55,927 nucleotides of DNA from Sashavirus 536P12. Positions 1-8,557 of the stretch are shown in pieces. The DNA is taken from the sequence record OZ035768.1; one strand, 5' to 3'. Each line of letters begins with the position of its first letter. Position 1 is the first letter of the stretch. Made by a program: the position numbers and the translations under genes. Below the pieces are notes generated by a model. The model was given only the letters and a program-made list of their open reading frames with translations, ran no database searches and was not told the origin of the DNA.

Positions 1-29
1 CTAATTTAAAATTTATGGGAGACAAATTT

Positions 30-665
30 ATGAAAATTTCAGACCGGGCTAAAAGGGCTGCTCTGGAGTTGTCGCCGGAACAGCTTAAGTTCGCCAACCT
101 GTGGTTAGATCGTGTCAATAACGGCTTCAGCAATACGCGATGCGTTTTAGAGGCTTATCCGGGTCACACATCTGATGCAGCCGCTGCAACGACCGCACAC
201 CGCCTCCTGTCGAATACGAAGGTGTTGAACTATCTGGACGCGATGGGAAGTCATGCGCTTGAGTCTGTCGGGGAATCGTTAACGAGTCGTGTCGAGTGGT
301 GGAAACGAGCGGCAAGTACGGCTGAAGAATTACTGGAACCGTATTGTCAACGTGTCATCGTTCCTGGCGAAGACGACACAGAAGCGAAACACCTGTGGGT
401 GAACAGTACCGACGATATCCCCAGCCATCTGCAACAGTACGTAGTTTGCTACAAACGTTACATGCGGGGTGGATACATTCTGGTGACACGTGAACTGTTC
501 GACCCGAAAACTCGTGCAAAAGCGTCTGAACAACTGGATAAGATCACCGGGAACAGTATCGATCGTGTGGAATTGTCTGGCGTGGTTGGTAACGTGGTTC
601 AGAGTGTTCCTGAAGGTGCAACTATCGACGACATCGCGCAACTGTATCAGAAGGCGCTTAAATAA
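30..665 (+). CDS. terminase small subunit (TerS) candidate
   Basis: ORF 15..665; likely start ATG at 30 with GGGAGA SD 7 nt upstream; N-terminal HTH-like segment (AKRAALELSPEQLKFANLW) and GFSNTRCVLEAYPG...AHRLLSN pattern typical of phage TerS; lies upstream of TerL. Confidence 0.55.
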   Translation: MKISDRAKRAALELSPEQLKFANLWLDRVNNGFSNTRCVLEAYPGHTSDAAAATTAHRLLSNTKVLNYLDAMGSHALESVGESLTSRVEWWKRAASTAEELLEPYCQRVIVPGEDDTEAKHLWVNSTDDIPSHLQQYVVCYKRYMRGGYILVTRELFDPKTRAKASEQLDKITGNSIDRVELSGVVGNVVQSVPEGATIDDIAQLYQKALK

Positions 666-781
666 CGCCGGAAACCGTTTGCTTTTTCGATAAACAGGGT
701 TGGGTGGTGCGATGGTACAGTGTGGGGTGTTAAGTTCGTCAGAGAGCGTTTTAGAAAGCCCGGTTAATTCCGGGCGATGTT

Positions 782-970
782 TTACACAACAACTTCAAAA
801 ACTGTTTCACCGTTACCCATCGTGTAGTAACCATCGTCAGTTTTACGAACATTCCATTCCAGACCCTTGTGATAAACAACCATGTCGTCAGTATCCAGAT
901 CAACAACGGTTCCGATTTTAAAAGCACCGGGTGTCAGGTCTTTAGCGCGTTTGATTACTTTCAGTTCCAT
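782..970 (-). CDS. hypothetical small protein (62 aa)
   Basis: ORF directly downstream of conserved promoter copy P1; GAGGAA SD before ATG at 970. Confidence 0.5.
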   Translation of the reverse strand: MELKVIKRAKDLTPGAFKIGTVVDLDTDDMVVYHKGLEWNVRKTDDGYYTMGNGETVFEVVV

Positions 971-999
971 TTTTCAGTTCCTCACAGTTCGTTTCAATG

Positions 1000-1047
1000 A
1001 GGTCATTATAGGTTATTTTACTGTAATCCGTCAAGAATTATTTTAAA
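1000..1047 (-). promoter_or_regulatory. conserved sigma70-type promoter element (P1)
   Basis: plus-strand GTCAAGAATTATTTTAAA at 1030-1047 is the reverse complement of TTTAAAATAATTCTTGAC; -35 TTGACG, ~18-nt spacer, -10 TATAAT (1005-1010, minus strand); AT-rich UP-like segment. Confidence 0.7.
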
Positions 1048-1215
1048 CTGTCCGTCACTGTCTGCAGCGTAACAAATACCGTGACTGTAGATTGTCGCAG
1101 TTCGTGTAATTCGTTGATAGTCTGAGCATTGGTTACGAATACGCAGGTCATACCCGGACTGTATGATCAGCCAGGTTGCAATGATGGCGAGTAACTTTAA
1201 AACGTATCTGAACAT
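1018..1215 (-). CDS. small hydrophobic protein (possible membrane protein)
   Basis: ORF 1018..1224 begins with GTG; internal ATG at 1215 preceded by AGGAG at 9-nt spacing; hydrophobic N-terminus FRYVLKLLAIIATWLII; 3' end overlaps promoter P1. Confidence 0.3.
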   Translation of the reverse strand: MFRYVLKLLAIIATWLIIQSGYDLRIRNQCSDYQRITRTATIYSHGICYAADSDGQFKIILDGLQ

Positions 1216-1276
1216 GTTCCACACTCCTGTTTGATAATTTCAGGGTAGTGTGGAACTGGTGAAGATGGTATAGGAT

Positions 1277-1717
1277 TTACGATAATTTAACAGTTAATCC
1301 GGCATTGGTCAGAACGTTAGCAACATCACGCACACCAGCTTCATATCCGTCTATAGGTGTTGCGGGTGATTTAATACAAATGCCAGCATGCTTTGGTAAT
1401 TCAATTACCAACTGTTCCCGACTGACTTTCCACCCTTCCCACATTGCGCTCATGGTGATAAACCAGACACTACCTAAACTGGCTTTCTTGTTCTCCCAAA
1501 ACCAGTCGATGAACTCTATCGACATTCCATGCTGTTTTGCAATTTCATAACGGTCATCCACTTTTTCAACCCTCCACCCATATTTAGCACGATTCATAGC
1601 AGTCCGTTCATCATTTGTGGTGAACAGTACGCGCCCGGATTTATGACAAATGTTCCACATTATTTTGAAAACCATCCTCCTCAAGCTCACCAAGATACGC
1701 ACATTGCCAATCTGCAT
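1277..1717 (-). CDS. hypothetical protein
   Basis: 146-aa ORF in reverse-strand cassette between TerS and TerL; no recognisable motif. Confidence 0.4.
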   Translation of the reverse strand: MQIGNVRILVSLRRMVFKIMWNICHKSGRVLFTTNDERTAMNRAKYGWRVEKVDDRYEIAKQHGMSIEFIDWFWENKKASLGSVWFITMSAMWEGWKVSREQLVIELPKHAGICIKSPATPIDGYEAGVRDVANVLTNAGLTVKLS

Positions 1718-2001
1718 CGCAAAGTACAGGACGGTCAGTTGTTACCAATAGATTTAAACATTCAAATACGGTCATACTTCTGTAATCAAACATAACCTAA
1801 TAACCCCTTTTAATCTTTTCCAGTGCGCGTTGCACGATCTGTCAGGATGACAACATGAATAATTGTGCGTATTGCCCCAGTGCTAAATTTCGTGGTTTAT
1901 CCTGATAAGCGTAAATCGTTGCAACGTCATCACCATTTAAACGGATCCGCCACGGTGTCAGAGTTGGTTTATCACCCATGTTCGATGCTCTCCAGTAATT
2001 T

Positions 2002-2586
2002 TTACTCAGTGAAAAGTTTCACCAACAGTTTGTTAATGTCAGCATCATAAGCATCATAAGCAGCACGAGCAGCATAAGCATCAGCAGCACGAGCAGCACG
2101 AGCAGCACGAGCAGCACGAGCAGCACGAGCAGCATCATAAGCAGCACGAGCAGCATAAGCAGCAGCATAAGCAGCAGCACGAGCAGCACGAGCAGCATAA
2201 GCAGCATAAGCAGCAGCATAAGCAGCACGAGCAGCACGAGCAGCATCAGCAGCATCAGCAGCATCATAAGCAGCACGAGCAGCATAAGCAGCATAAGCAG
2301 CATTCTGTGATGGATTGTTAAGAAAATCCTGAATCAGATTAAAGTCATTCGTATAAGGTCGAATCAATTCGATATTCAACAAAGCACAATCGCAAGCGAA
2401 CCGAACGATTTTTTCTTTCGATAAGATTTTCCCGGCTAACCATAACAAGTCTGAAACGGTGTTTTCACCACCGATTAGACTAATAACTTCAACAGGTTCG
2501 TCAGTGTTGTTAGTCTGAATGATGAAACGTTTAAAACCTTCCTGACATGCGCCAAAATTTTTCAGTTCTTGTTTAGTGATTTTCAT
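2002..2586 (-). CDS. protein with N-terminal globular domain and C-terminal Ala-Ala-(Arg/Tyr/Asp) tripeptide repeat array
   Basis: 194-aa ORF; residues ~95-185 are AAY/AAR/AAD repeats encoded by a near-perfect 9-bp tandem DNA array; GAGGG SD upstream of ATG at 2586; driven by promoter P2. Confidence 0.6.
   Translation of the reverse strand: MKITKQELKNFGACQEGFKRFIIQTNNTDEPVEVISLIGGENTVSDLLWLAGKILSKEKIVRFACDCALLNIELIRPYTNDFNLIQDFLNNPSQNAAYAAYAARAAYDAADAADAARAARAAYAAAYAAYAARAARAAAYAAAYAARAAYDAARAARAARAARAARAADAYAARAAYDAYDADINKLLVKLFTE
2035..2303. repeat. tandem 9-bp (3-codon) repeat array (agcacgagc / agcataagc / agcatcagc), ~30 units
   Basis: directly visible periodicity in sequence 2035-2303; lies inside the 2002..2586 CDS. 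Confidence 0.9.
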
Positions 2587-2809
2587 ACCTGTAACCCTCT
2601 TGTTTTTTGTTTAGTGACAAGATATCTCTTCAACCCGTCGCAACTAATTTCACAATCCCCGCAGGAACCACCATCCAACCAGATGATGCATAGTGTGTGA
2701 TTTCGTGGGGTGAGTTACGCTTTATACTCACCGTAGCGCCTGACAATCAGCGGTATCTTCAGCCGGACAATTCCGGGTTACTACATACTTGGTCAGGTAT
2801 CTTGTCTAT

Positions 2810-2858
2810 GGCAATAACTATACAGATACATGAGTAATCTGTCAAGAATTATTTTAAA
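2810..2858 (-). promoter_or_regulatory. conserved promoter element (P2)
   Basis: GTCAAGAATTATTTTAAA at 2841-2858; minus-strand -35 TTGACA, 17-nt spacer, -10 TATAGT; ~220-nt leader before the ATG at 2586. Confidence 0.7.
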
Positions 2859-2921
2859 TCTCTGTTACCACCAATCACCCGTGGTAAACTGTACAGAACA
2901 GTTACAAACGGACCGACAATC

Positions 2922-4685
2922 ATGATTAAGTTTACTGGAAATATTCATAATTACCCGCGCTGGCGGGATGCTTACGCAAACGACGAACGTATCTGGCGAA
3001 AAGGTCATCCACGCCCGGATTACAAACAGTGTTACATTGACCGCATTAACCTGTTAAATCGTATGCGCATGGATCGGGTCATTGTCCCGGTGCTGAAAAA
3101 GTATTACGAAACAAACCCGGTAGCATTCATTCTCGACTGGGCGTTTACTTATGACCCGCGTAACGTCGGTACTGAATACCCGCCAAACATGCCTTTCTGC
3201 CTTTTCGAACGTCAGATCGACATGGTTCAGTTTGTTTACGAAGCGCTTGAAGACAAAGAAAAAGGGCTTTGGGAAAAATCGCGAGACTATGGTGCGACCT
3301 GGGTAGCCTGTGGTTTGTCCGTGTGGGCGTGGCTGTATCGTCCCGGTTCTTCAGTTGGCTGGGGATCACGTAAAGAGCAACTTGTTGATAAACTGGGCGA
3401 CCCGGATAGTATTTTTGAAAAGATTCGCCAGATTATCCGTGCATTACCACCGGAATTACGCCCTGTTGGTCTGCGTGAAAAAGACCATCTGGTTTACATG
3501 AAATGTATCAACCCTGAAAACGGTGCAACAATTACTGGCGAAGCTGGTGACAACATCGGTCGTGGTGGTCGTAAATCTGTCTATTTCTTGGATGAAGCGG
3601 CACACGTAGATCGTCCTGAACTGATTGAAGCGTCGTTGTCAGCTAACACCAACGTTCGTATCGACATCAGTTCAGTTAATGGCGTTGGTAATGTTTTTTA
3701 TCGTAATCGTAAAGCTGGTCTGGAATGGGAACCGGGTAAGAAATTACCCCGTGGTAAATTGCGTGTCATGGTTCTGGACTGGCGCGATCACCCGGCTAAA
3801 GACGACGAATGGTATAAGCGAGAAAAACAATCGTTCGCTGAAAAAGGTTTACAGCATATTTTCGCACAGGAAGTCGATCGCGACTATGCCGCTGCTGTTC
3901 AGGGTGTACTGATTAAAGCTGAATGGGTGCGCGCTGCTTTTGACGCGTTCCGTGATACAGAATGGCGCAAAGCTAACGACTTACTTACACCAACAGGTCA
4001 ACGTATCGCCGGACAGGATGCCGCAGACGGTGGTGAAGATGCAAGTGCATTGGTAATTGCTCACGGTGTATTCCTGACACATCTACAGCTTGACCACAGG
4101 GGCGCTGAACTGGCTGCACCAGGGATGTTGACGATGGCTAATATGCTGGGTGTTGATGAATACTGGTACGAAGTTAACGGTGTTGGTACAGGCGTTAAAG
4201 TAGCGGCAAATGACCGGAAAGATATTTTACGCTTCCGTGTGCGTCCGTGGTTACCGAATGGAAAAGTTGTGGATCCGGGTGGTGATATTATCGGTGGTAC
4301 GAAACCTGGTGACAAAGACCGTAAATCAAACAAAGATTATTTCTCAAATTATAAAGCACAGGCATCATGGGCGCTGCGTCTGCGTTGTCAGCGAATTTAT
4401 AAATGGTATGTGGAAGGTCAACCACAGGATCCAGACGAAATCATTCTGATTGATCCATCACTGGAAAACGCACAACGGTTAGAAGCTGAGTTAAGTCAGC
4501 CAACGTATACCAGTAACGGTGCCGGGAAGATTGTGATCGACAAGAAACCAAACGGAAGTAAGTCACCAAACTTTTTCGATGCTGCGGTTATTGCACTATC
4601 ACCAAAACGCACTGAATTTGTCGAAGAACCATTTACTGGTGGTGTGAATCCTGTTGGTACTCCTGAATACGGTGACATTTTTTAA
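2922..4685 (+). CDS. terminase large subunit (TerL)
   Basis: 587 aa; Walker A-like EKSRDYGATW, Walker B-like VYFLDEAAH, C-terminal nuclease-like region; size and position typical of TerL. Confidence 0.75.
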   Translation: MIKFTGNIHNYPRWRDAYANDERIWRKGHPRPDYKQCYIDRINLLNRMRMDRVIVPVLKKYYETNPVAFILDWAFTYDPRNVGTEYPPNMPFCLFERQIDMVQFVYEALEDKEKGLWEKSRDYGATWVACGLSVWAWLYRPGSSVGWGSRKEQLVDKLGDPDSIFEKIRQIIRALPPELRPVGLREKDHLVYMKCINPENGATITGEAGDNIGRGGRKSVYFLDEAAHVDRPELIEASLSANTNVRIDISSVNGVGNVFYRNRKAGLEWEPGKKLPRGKLRVMVLDWRDHPAKDDEWYKREKQSFAEKGLQHIFAQEVDRDYAAAVQGVLIKAEWVRAAFDAFRDTEWRKANDLLTPTGQRIAGQDAADGGEDASALVIAHGVFLTHLQLDHRGAELAAPGMLTMANMLGVDEYWYEVNGVGTGVKVAANDRKDILRFRVRPWLPNGKVVDPGGDIIGGTKPGDKDRKSNKDYFSNYKAQASWALRLRCQRIYKWYVEGQPQDPDEIILIDPSLENAQRLEAELSQPTYTSNGAGKIVIDKKPNGSKSPNFFDAAVIALSPKRTEFVEEPFTGGVNPVGTPEYGDIF

Positions 4686-4690
4686 ACAGT

Positions 4691-4724
4691 GTGGCGGGAT
4701 TATTCCCGCCCGTTTTCTTTTTTT
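4691..4724 (+). terminator. rho-independent terminator
   Basis: GGCGGGATTATTCCCGCC hairpin followed by a T-run immediately after the TerL stop. Confidence 0.7.
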
Positions 4725-4725
4725 A

Positions 4726-4760
4726 ATTCTTGACAAATTACATTATAAATGTTTGTAAAT
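4726..4760 (+). promoter_or_regulatory. promoter (partial copy of conserved element, + orientation)
   Basis: AATTCTTGACA with TTGACA at 4730-4735; -10 unclear (TGTAAAT near 4754-4760 or TATACT at 4787-4792); upstream of the strong AGGAG RBS of the gene at 4849. Confidence 0.4.
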
Positions 4761-4848
4761 TATCTGTTAGATTAATGTAACGCGTTTATACTCCTGTAGG
4801 TAACCGATCGGTTACAGTTAATTAACATTCTCTCACAGGAGTTTCAAC

Positions 4849-5526
4849 ATGTCTGACATGACTTTAGTTCCCACTGGCGGTTTCGGCGGTGAAGCTGGCG
4901 CGGCTGCACTTGGCGGTGGCATCGGTGGTCTTATCGGTTCCTGGTTCGGTAACGGTTGGGGTGGCGGTGGTAACTTTGGTGGTCCTGTAGAAGTTCAAGC
5001 CTCTGTAGATACCAACGCTATTCTGCAAGCCATCAATAACGGTGCTCTTCAGACCATTCAGGGTCAGAATGGTACAAACCTGACCGTTGAACGCGCTGCA
5101 GCTTCCACTTTTAACGGTATCACTCAACAGAACACACAAAACCTGCTGGCATCTGTACAAGGTTTTGCAGGTCTGAACACTCAGATTCAGCAGGGTACGA
5201 ACACTGTGACCAATGCGATCTGTGCATCTGAAACTGCGGCACTGACTCGTTCTTTCCAGGCACAGTTAGCGGCTGAGAAGTGTTGCTGCGAAACCAACCT
5301 GAATATCGAACGTCAGGCAGAAGCAACTCGTGCACTGATCCGTGATCAGTTCGCACAGTCTCAGGCTGTTCTGATTTGTGACCTGAAATCTCAGATTCAA
5401 ACCCGTGACTTCCAGTTGTCTCAATTGTCACAAACGTCTCAGTTGGCGTGCAAAATTAACCAGGTCGATCAGCTTATTAACTTCAAGCTGCCTACTCCGC
5501 AAACTCCACCGACTGGCTGCTGCTAA
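4849..5526 (+). CDS. Gly-rich / glycine-zipper N-terminus, Gln/Thr-rich, Cys-containing protein of unknown function
   Basis: 225 aa; N-terminal GGFGGEAGAAALGGGIGGLIGSWFGNGWGGGGNFGG, internal CCC, C-terminal GCC; strong SD AGGAG; first gene after TerL terminator. Confidence 0.6.
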   Translation: MSDMTLVPTGGFGGEAGAAALGGGIGGLIGSWFGNGWGGGGNFGGPVEVQASVDTNAILQAINNGALQTIQGQNGTNLTVERAAASTFNGITQQNTQNLLASVQGFAGLNTQIQQGTNTVTNAICASETAALTRSFQAQLAAEKCCCETNLNIERQAEATRALIRDQFAQSQAVLICDLKSQIQTRDFQLSQLSQTSQLACKINQVDQLINFKLPTPQTPPTGCC

Positions 5527-5576
5527 TTGGTTAACTAAGCGCCTCTGTACGGGGCGCTTTAACAGGAGATAAGAGT

Positions 5577-5936
5577 ATGCATTACAAACCGTATTACGTT
5601 ATCAAAAAAGACGATGATGACGATGAAGAGGAAGATGTAGAAATTCATCACCACCATCATTATCACCACGGACATCACCCGGACACGATGGGAGTATTTC
5701 ATCATGATAGCTCTGTTAGCGAACATGGTTCAGTTATGGCCCATGTTAAAGCACGTATGGATAACCCTCCTTCGACTTGGGCGTCGTACCACGATAAGCC
5801 CGGCGGGATGATGTCCATTGTTGAAATGGAATATCGCGAACTGATGGAAGAAAAAGCCGAAGGTTCGACGTCTGGTATTAAAAAAGAGCTAACAGATCTG
5901 GCTGCAGCCTGTATCAACGCGCTTAAAAAGATGTAA
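5577..5936 (+). CDS. histidine-rich acidic protein (putative metal-binding)
   Basis: 119 aa; DDDDDEEEDVEIHHHHHYHHGHHPD natural poly-His tract; good SD (AGGAGA). Confidence 0.6.
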   Translation: MHYKPYYVIKKDDDDDEEEDVEIHHHHHYHHGHHPDTMGVFHHDSSVSEHGSVMAHVKARMDNPPSTWASYHDKPGGMMSIVEMEYRELMEEKAEGSTSGIKKELTDLAAACINALKKM

Positions 5937-5952
5937 CTAACAGGAAACCGAC

Positions 5953-6456
5953 ATGCAGAATATTAACGCAGGTATGGGTGTCACCCAGTTTAACGGCATG
6001 AAACCGCGAAGCACTATTAACATTGGTGGTGTGGAGTGGTCATTACGTCGGGATGCCACTGACTCAACAACAATGTTTCCTCATCCGAAGGTAAGCTGGC
6101 TTAACGCTGGTTGTGAACCGATGGGTGATGGTCGTTTTCATTACTGTTGGATTTTGGGTGTGATTCCCCCGACACCGGGGACAATCGAACGACCTGTTAA
6201 TGTGATGTATGTTGGTTTCCATCAATTTAAAATTAATATTGCACCTAATTCAATTAGTCAGGCTGATTTGGACAGGATGCATGTTTATGTCAGCGACACT
6301 TCACATTTTGCTGGTGAATTTGTCAGTAAGTTTTTAGGTACAGAACCTGAACCTGTGGAAACTCGTGAAAATATCAGCCCGTGGCCCCCGATGAATGATC
6401 CTCGTGAGCAACCAAAAGTAGCCAAAAATAAGGTAAACGAAGATGACGAAGAATGA
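5953..6456 (+). CDS. hypothetical protein
   Basis: 167-aa ORF in the same operon; acidic C-terminus. Confidence 0.5.
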   Translation: MQNINAGMGVTQFNGMKPRSTINIGGVEWSLRRDATDSTTMFPHPKVSWLNAGCEPMGDGRFHYCWILGVIPPTPGTIERPVNVMYVGFHQFKINIAPNSISQADLDRMHVYVSDTSHFAGEFVSKFLGTEPEPVETRENISPWPPMNDPREQPKVAKNKVNEDDEE

Positions 6457-6697
6457 AGGGGTAGACAAAGTAGTCGAAAGTCTGGGGTTACGCGCACACG
6501 TAATCGTAGACGAAGGTCACAGTCAAGAAGTGATCATGAAGTCGGCATTTAACGATTTTAAAGCGTTGGGTTCAATGAGTGGGATCATGGCAGTGATGGC
6601 TACCGGGAAATTAAGTCAGCAACAGTTAGATCTGGCACAACGTATCGCTGTGAAAGTAATTGCCGTTTTAGGTCTTAAAGAGTCAGAAAAAGCGTAA
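6443..6697 (+). CDS. hypothetical protein
   Basis: 84-aa ORF overlapping the upstream gene end (translational coupling). Confidence 0.45.
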   Translation: MTKNEGVDKVVESLGLRAHVIVDEGHSQEVIMKSAFNDFKALGSMSGIMAVMATGKLSQQQLDLAQRIAVKVIAVLGLKESEKA

Positions 6698-6710
6698 AAA
6701 GGGGGTTATT

Positions 6711-6875
6711 ATGTGTTGTAGAACATCGTGTTGTCTGGGAAGTCCTGTTACGCAATTTGGTCTTCTTCAGTCACAGATTGCACATACTCAGGTCGTTTTC
6801 AGAGGGTTTACCAGTCCGTTCATAGTACCGTTACAGTTTTCCGCGTTCACGTTTAGGCCTTTTGTATTTTACTGA
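6711..6875 (+). CDS. small Cys-rich protein (54 aa), unannotated in the ORF track
   Basis: ATG at 6711 preceded by AAGGGGG SD at 7-nt spacing; N-terminus MCCRTSCC; ends just before the terminator hairpin. Confidence 0.3.
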   Translation: MCCRTSCCLGSPVTQFGLLQSQIAHTQVVFRGFTSPFIVPLQFSAFTFRPFVFY

Positions 6876-6883
6876 TCGACTTT

Positions 6884-6909
6884 GCCCCAGACAGTTCCGG
6901 GGCTTTTTT
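6884..6909. terminator. rho-independent terminator between convergent operons
   Basis: GCCCCAGACAGTTCCGGGGC hairpin followed by TTTTTT on the + strand. Confidence 0.6.
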
Positions 6910-7184
6910 CAACGTCTGAAAGATGAAAGAACAGCGAGGCTAACAGAACCTAAACCGAATATGACGGCGTATGTTAGCTGATGTTGAAGTTTCACAAAAC
7001 CGTAATAATCGCTTTGTAATTCCACGATGTCAAAAGCAATTGAAAAACTGGTTACCAGCAACATGATTGAAAGAACACGAATCAGAGCAACTGCTAATCC
7101 TATCACCCCTTGTTCTTTTTTCTCAGTTGTAATAACGACAACAATTATTAACAGAAGTGAAAAAGCAATGTACATGTATTCCAT
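6909..7184 (-). CDS. small membrane protein (2 predicted TM helices)
   Basis: 91 aa; hydrophobic segments IAFSLLLIIVVVI and VLSIMLLVTSFSIAF. Confidence 0.5.
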   Translation of the reverse strand: MEYMYIAFSLLLIIVVVITTEKKEQGVIGLAVALIRVLSIMLLVTSFSIAFDIVELQSDYYGFVKLQHQLTYAVIFGLGSVSLAVLSSFRR

Positions 7185-7344
7185 AATGATTAGTCCCGAT
7201 AAACTTCAGCACACCCATAAACTTTACCAGGGTTGTAAGCCTGTTCAGCTTGTAAAGCACCCTGACACTGTTCGAACGTCATGATACGTTCTGTCACAGG
7301 TTCAATAGTCACACCATGCAGAACAAGCACCAGTACATAACCAA

Positions 7345-7674
7345 TTAACATTTTCTTAGAGTCTCCCGCCAGTTCAGCCCGTGTAGGTTTACTTTACATA
7401 TATGAATAAACGGAATATCAGGATCATACCACGAGCTACCGCTAATGTATGGGTCGTGTTCCCACGCGTAAACTTCACCATCAGCATCAGTAGTAATAAC
7501 TGTATAGTTTTCTGGTATAGTTACTGACAATCCAAAATACATTACAGTTTTATAAAGATTCATTTCAACCAGTGTCATTTTACAATCCGGCGCTTCTTCG
7601 TGGATATCCCACGATTTACCACAGTGTGAACACTGATATTCATCGTTACAACGAATAGCGTTTACATGATTCAT
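7345..7674 (-). CDS. hypothetical protein with CxxC motif
   Basis: 109-aa ORF; CNDEYQCSHCG...C near N-terminus. Confidence 0.5.
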   Translation of the reverse strand: MNHVNAIRCNDEYQCSHCGKSWDIHEEAPDCKMTLVEMNLYKTVMYFGLSVTIPENYTVITTDADGEVYAWEHDPYISGSSWYDPDIPFIHICKVNLHGLNWRETLRKC

Positions 7675-7676
7675 GA

Positions 7677-7964
7677 TTATTCTCCGATTGCTTTTTTGAT
7701 TGCTTCACGAGCACCTTCAATACGTGCTAAACCATCAAAACCTGTACTTGGTAAGTATGACATAAACTCTTCACATAACTGCAAGGCTTCTAACAGTTCC
7801 GGCGCTGCAGCGATTAATCGTGCGTTTGCTAATTGTTCTGTTTTGTCACCGTTATAAGTTGGTGTATATGCAATCTCAACACCTGAGTCTGAAACAATAT
7901 CGGGAGTATTATCATCATTGATAATAACTTTCCACGAACCTTTTGTACCTTTAAATTGGTTCAT
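7677..7964 (-). CDS. hypothetical protein
   Basis: ORF 7677..7997; likely start at internal ATG 7964 preceded by GGGGTG SD. Confidence 0.45.
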   Translation of the reverse strand: MNQFKGTKGSWKVIINDDNTPDIVSDSGVEIAYTPTYNGDKTEQLANARLIAAAPELLEALQLCEEFMSYLPSTGFDGLARIEGAREAIKKAIGE

Positions 7965-7969
7965 AATTA

Positions 7970-8392
7970 TCACCCCGCGTCCTGAATATCTTCCCATTCT
8001 TCGTCAGATATATTTTGCCCAAAAACACCGCCGTAAAAGTAATCTTCACCAGGCCAAACAATACTGCCACCATAATAACCATTAGAACTGTTACGATAAT
8101 CAATGACTAAATCACCTTTATCGGTGGTTATTTTTGCACCATAGAATTGAAGATAATCATATTCTTCATTTGCTAACGGTTCTTTATTCATATCTAAATC
8201 ATCGCAAGCAATGACGGTAAACGGAAAACCTAATGCTGGAAGTTCTACTGATTCAATCCATGTGTGTGAATAACAGTCAGCATCAACACGAACGATCAGT
8301 TGTTGACCATCATCAGTGACAAAAAGAAGTGCTTTTTTATCCGAAGCGATTTGCATTTTAACTATTTTCTTATTCAATAATAAGTTATTCAT
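7970..8392 (-). CDS. hypothetical protein
   Basis: 140-aa ORF in minus-strand operon. Confidence 0.5.
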   Translation of the reverse strand: MNNLLLNKKIVKMQIASDKKALLFVTDDGQQLIVRVDADCYSHTWIESVELPALGFPFTVIACDDLDMNKEPLANEEYDYLQFYGAKITTDKGDLVIDYRNSSNGYYGGSIVWPGEDYFYGGVFGQNISDEEWEDIQDAG

Positions 8393-8395
8393 AAT

Positions 8396-8545
8396 TCAAA
8401 ACCCCTTACTTTTAGCAATTTGTTGTGCGCGTTTTTTAGTGTGACCAGCGGTAACCAAGCGTTTAACTTCTGCTTTACGGCGTTCGAAGTGATCGGAGCG
8501 TGAATTTTCAACCCACGGGCGACTAATATTCTCGTTCGGATTCAT
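8396..8545 (-). CDS. small basic protein (49 aa), unannotated in the ORF track
   Basis: ATG at 8545 with AAAGGA SD; stop overlaps the start region of the 7970..8392 gene. Confidence 0.3.
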   Translation of the reverse strand: MNPNENISRPWVENSRSDHFERRKAEVKRLVTAGHTKKRAQQIAKSKGF

Positions 8546-8557
8546 TTTAGTGTCCTT

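Noticed and set aside
2019-2303. ORF encoding a Leu/Met-only polypeptide (MLLMLLMLLVLL...)
   Set aside because: It is an alternative reading frame of the 9-bp tandem array; the frame continuous with the N-terminal domain, SD and promoter is 2002..2586.
2590-2840. Possible tRNA or small RNA gene in the 250-bp gap upstream of the Ala-repeat gene
   Set aside because: No T-loop-like GTTCGAATC-type sequence or cloverleaf-compatible pairing was evident by eye; the gap is better explained as a long 5' leader from promoter P2. Not tested with a tRNA scanner.
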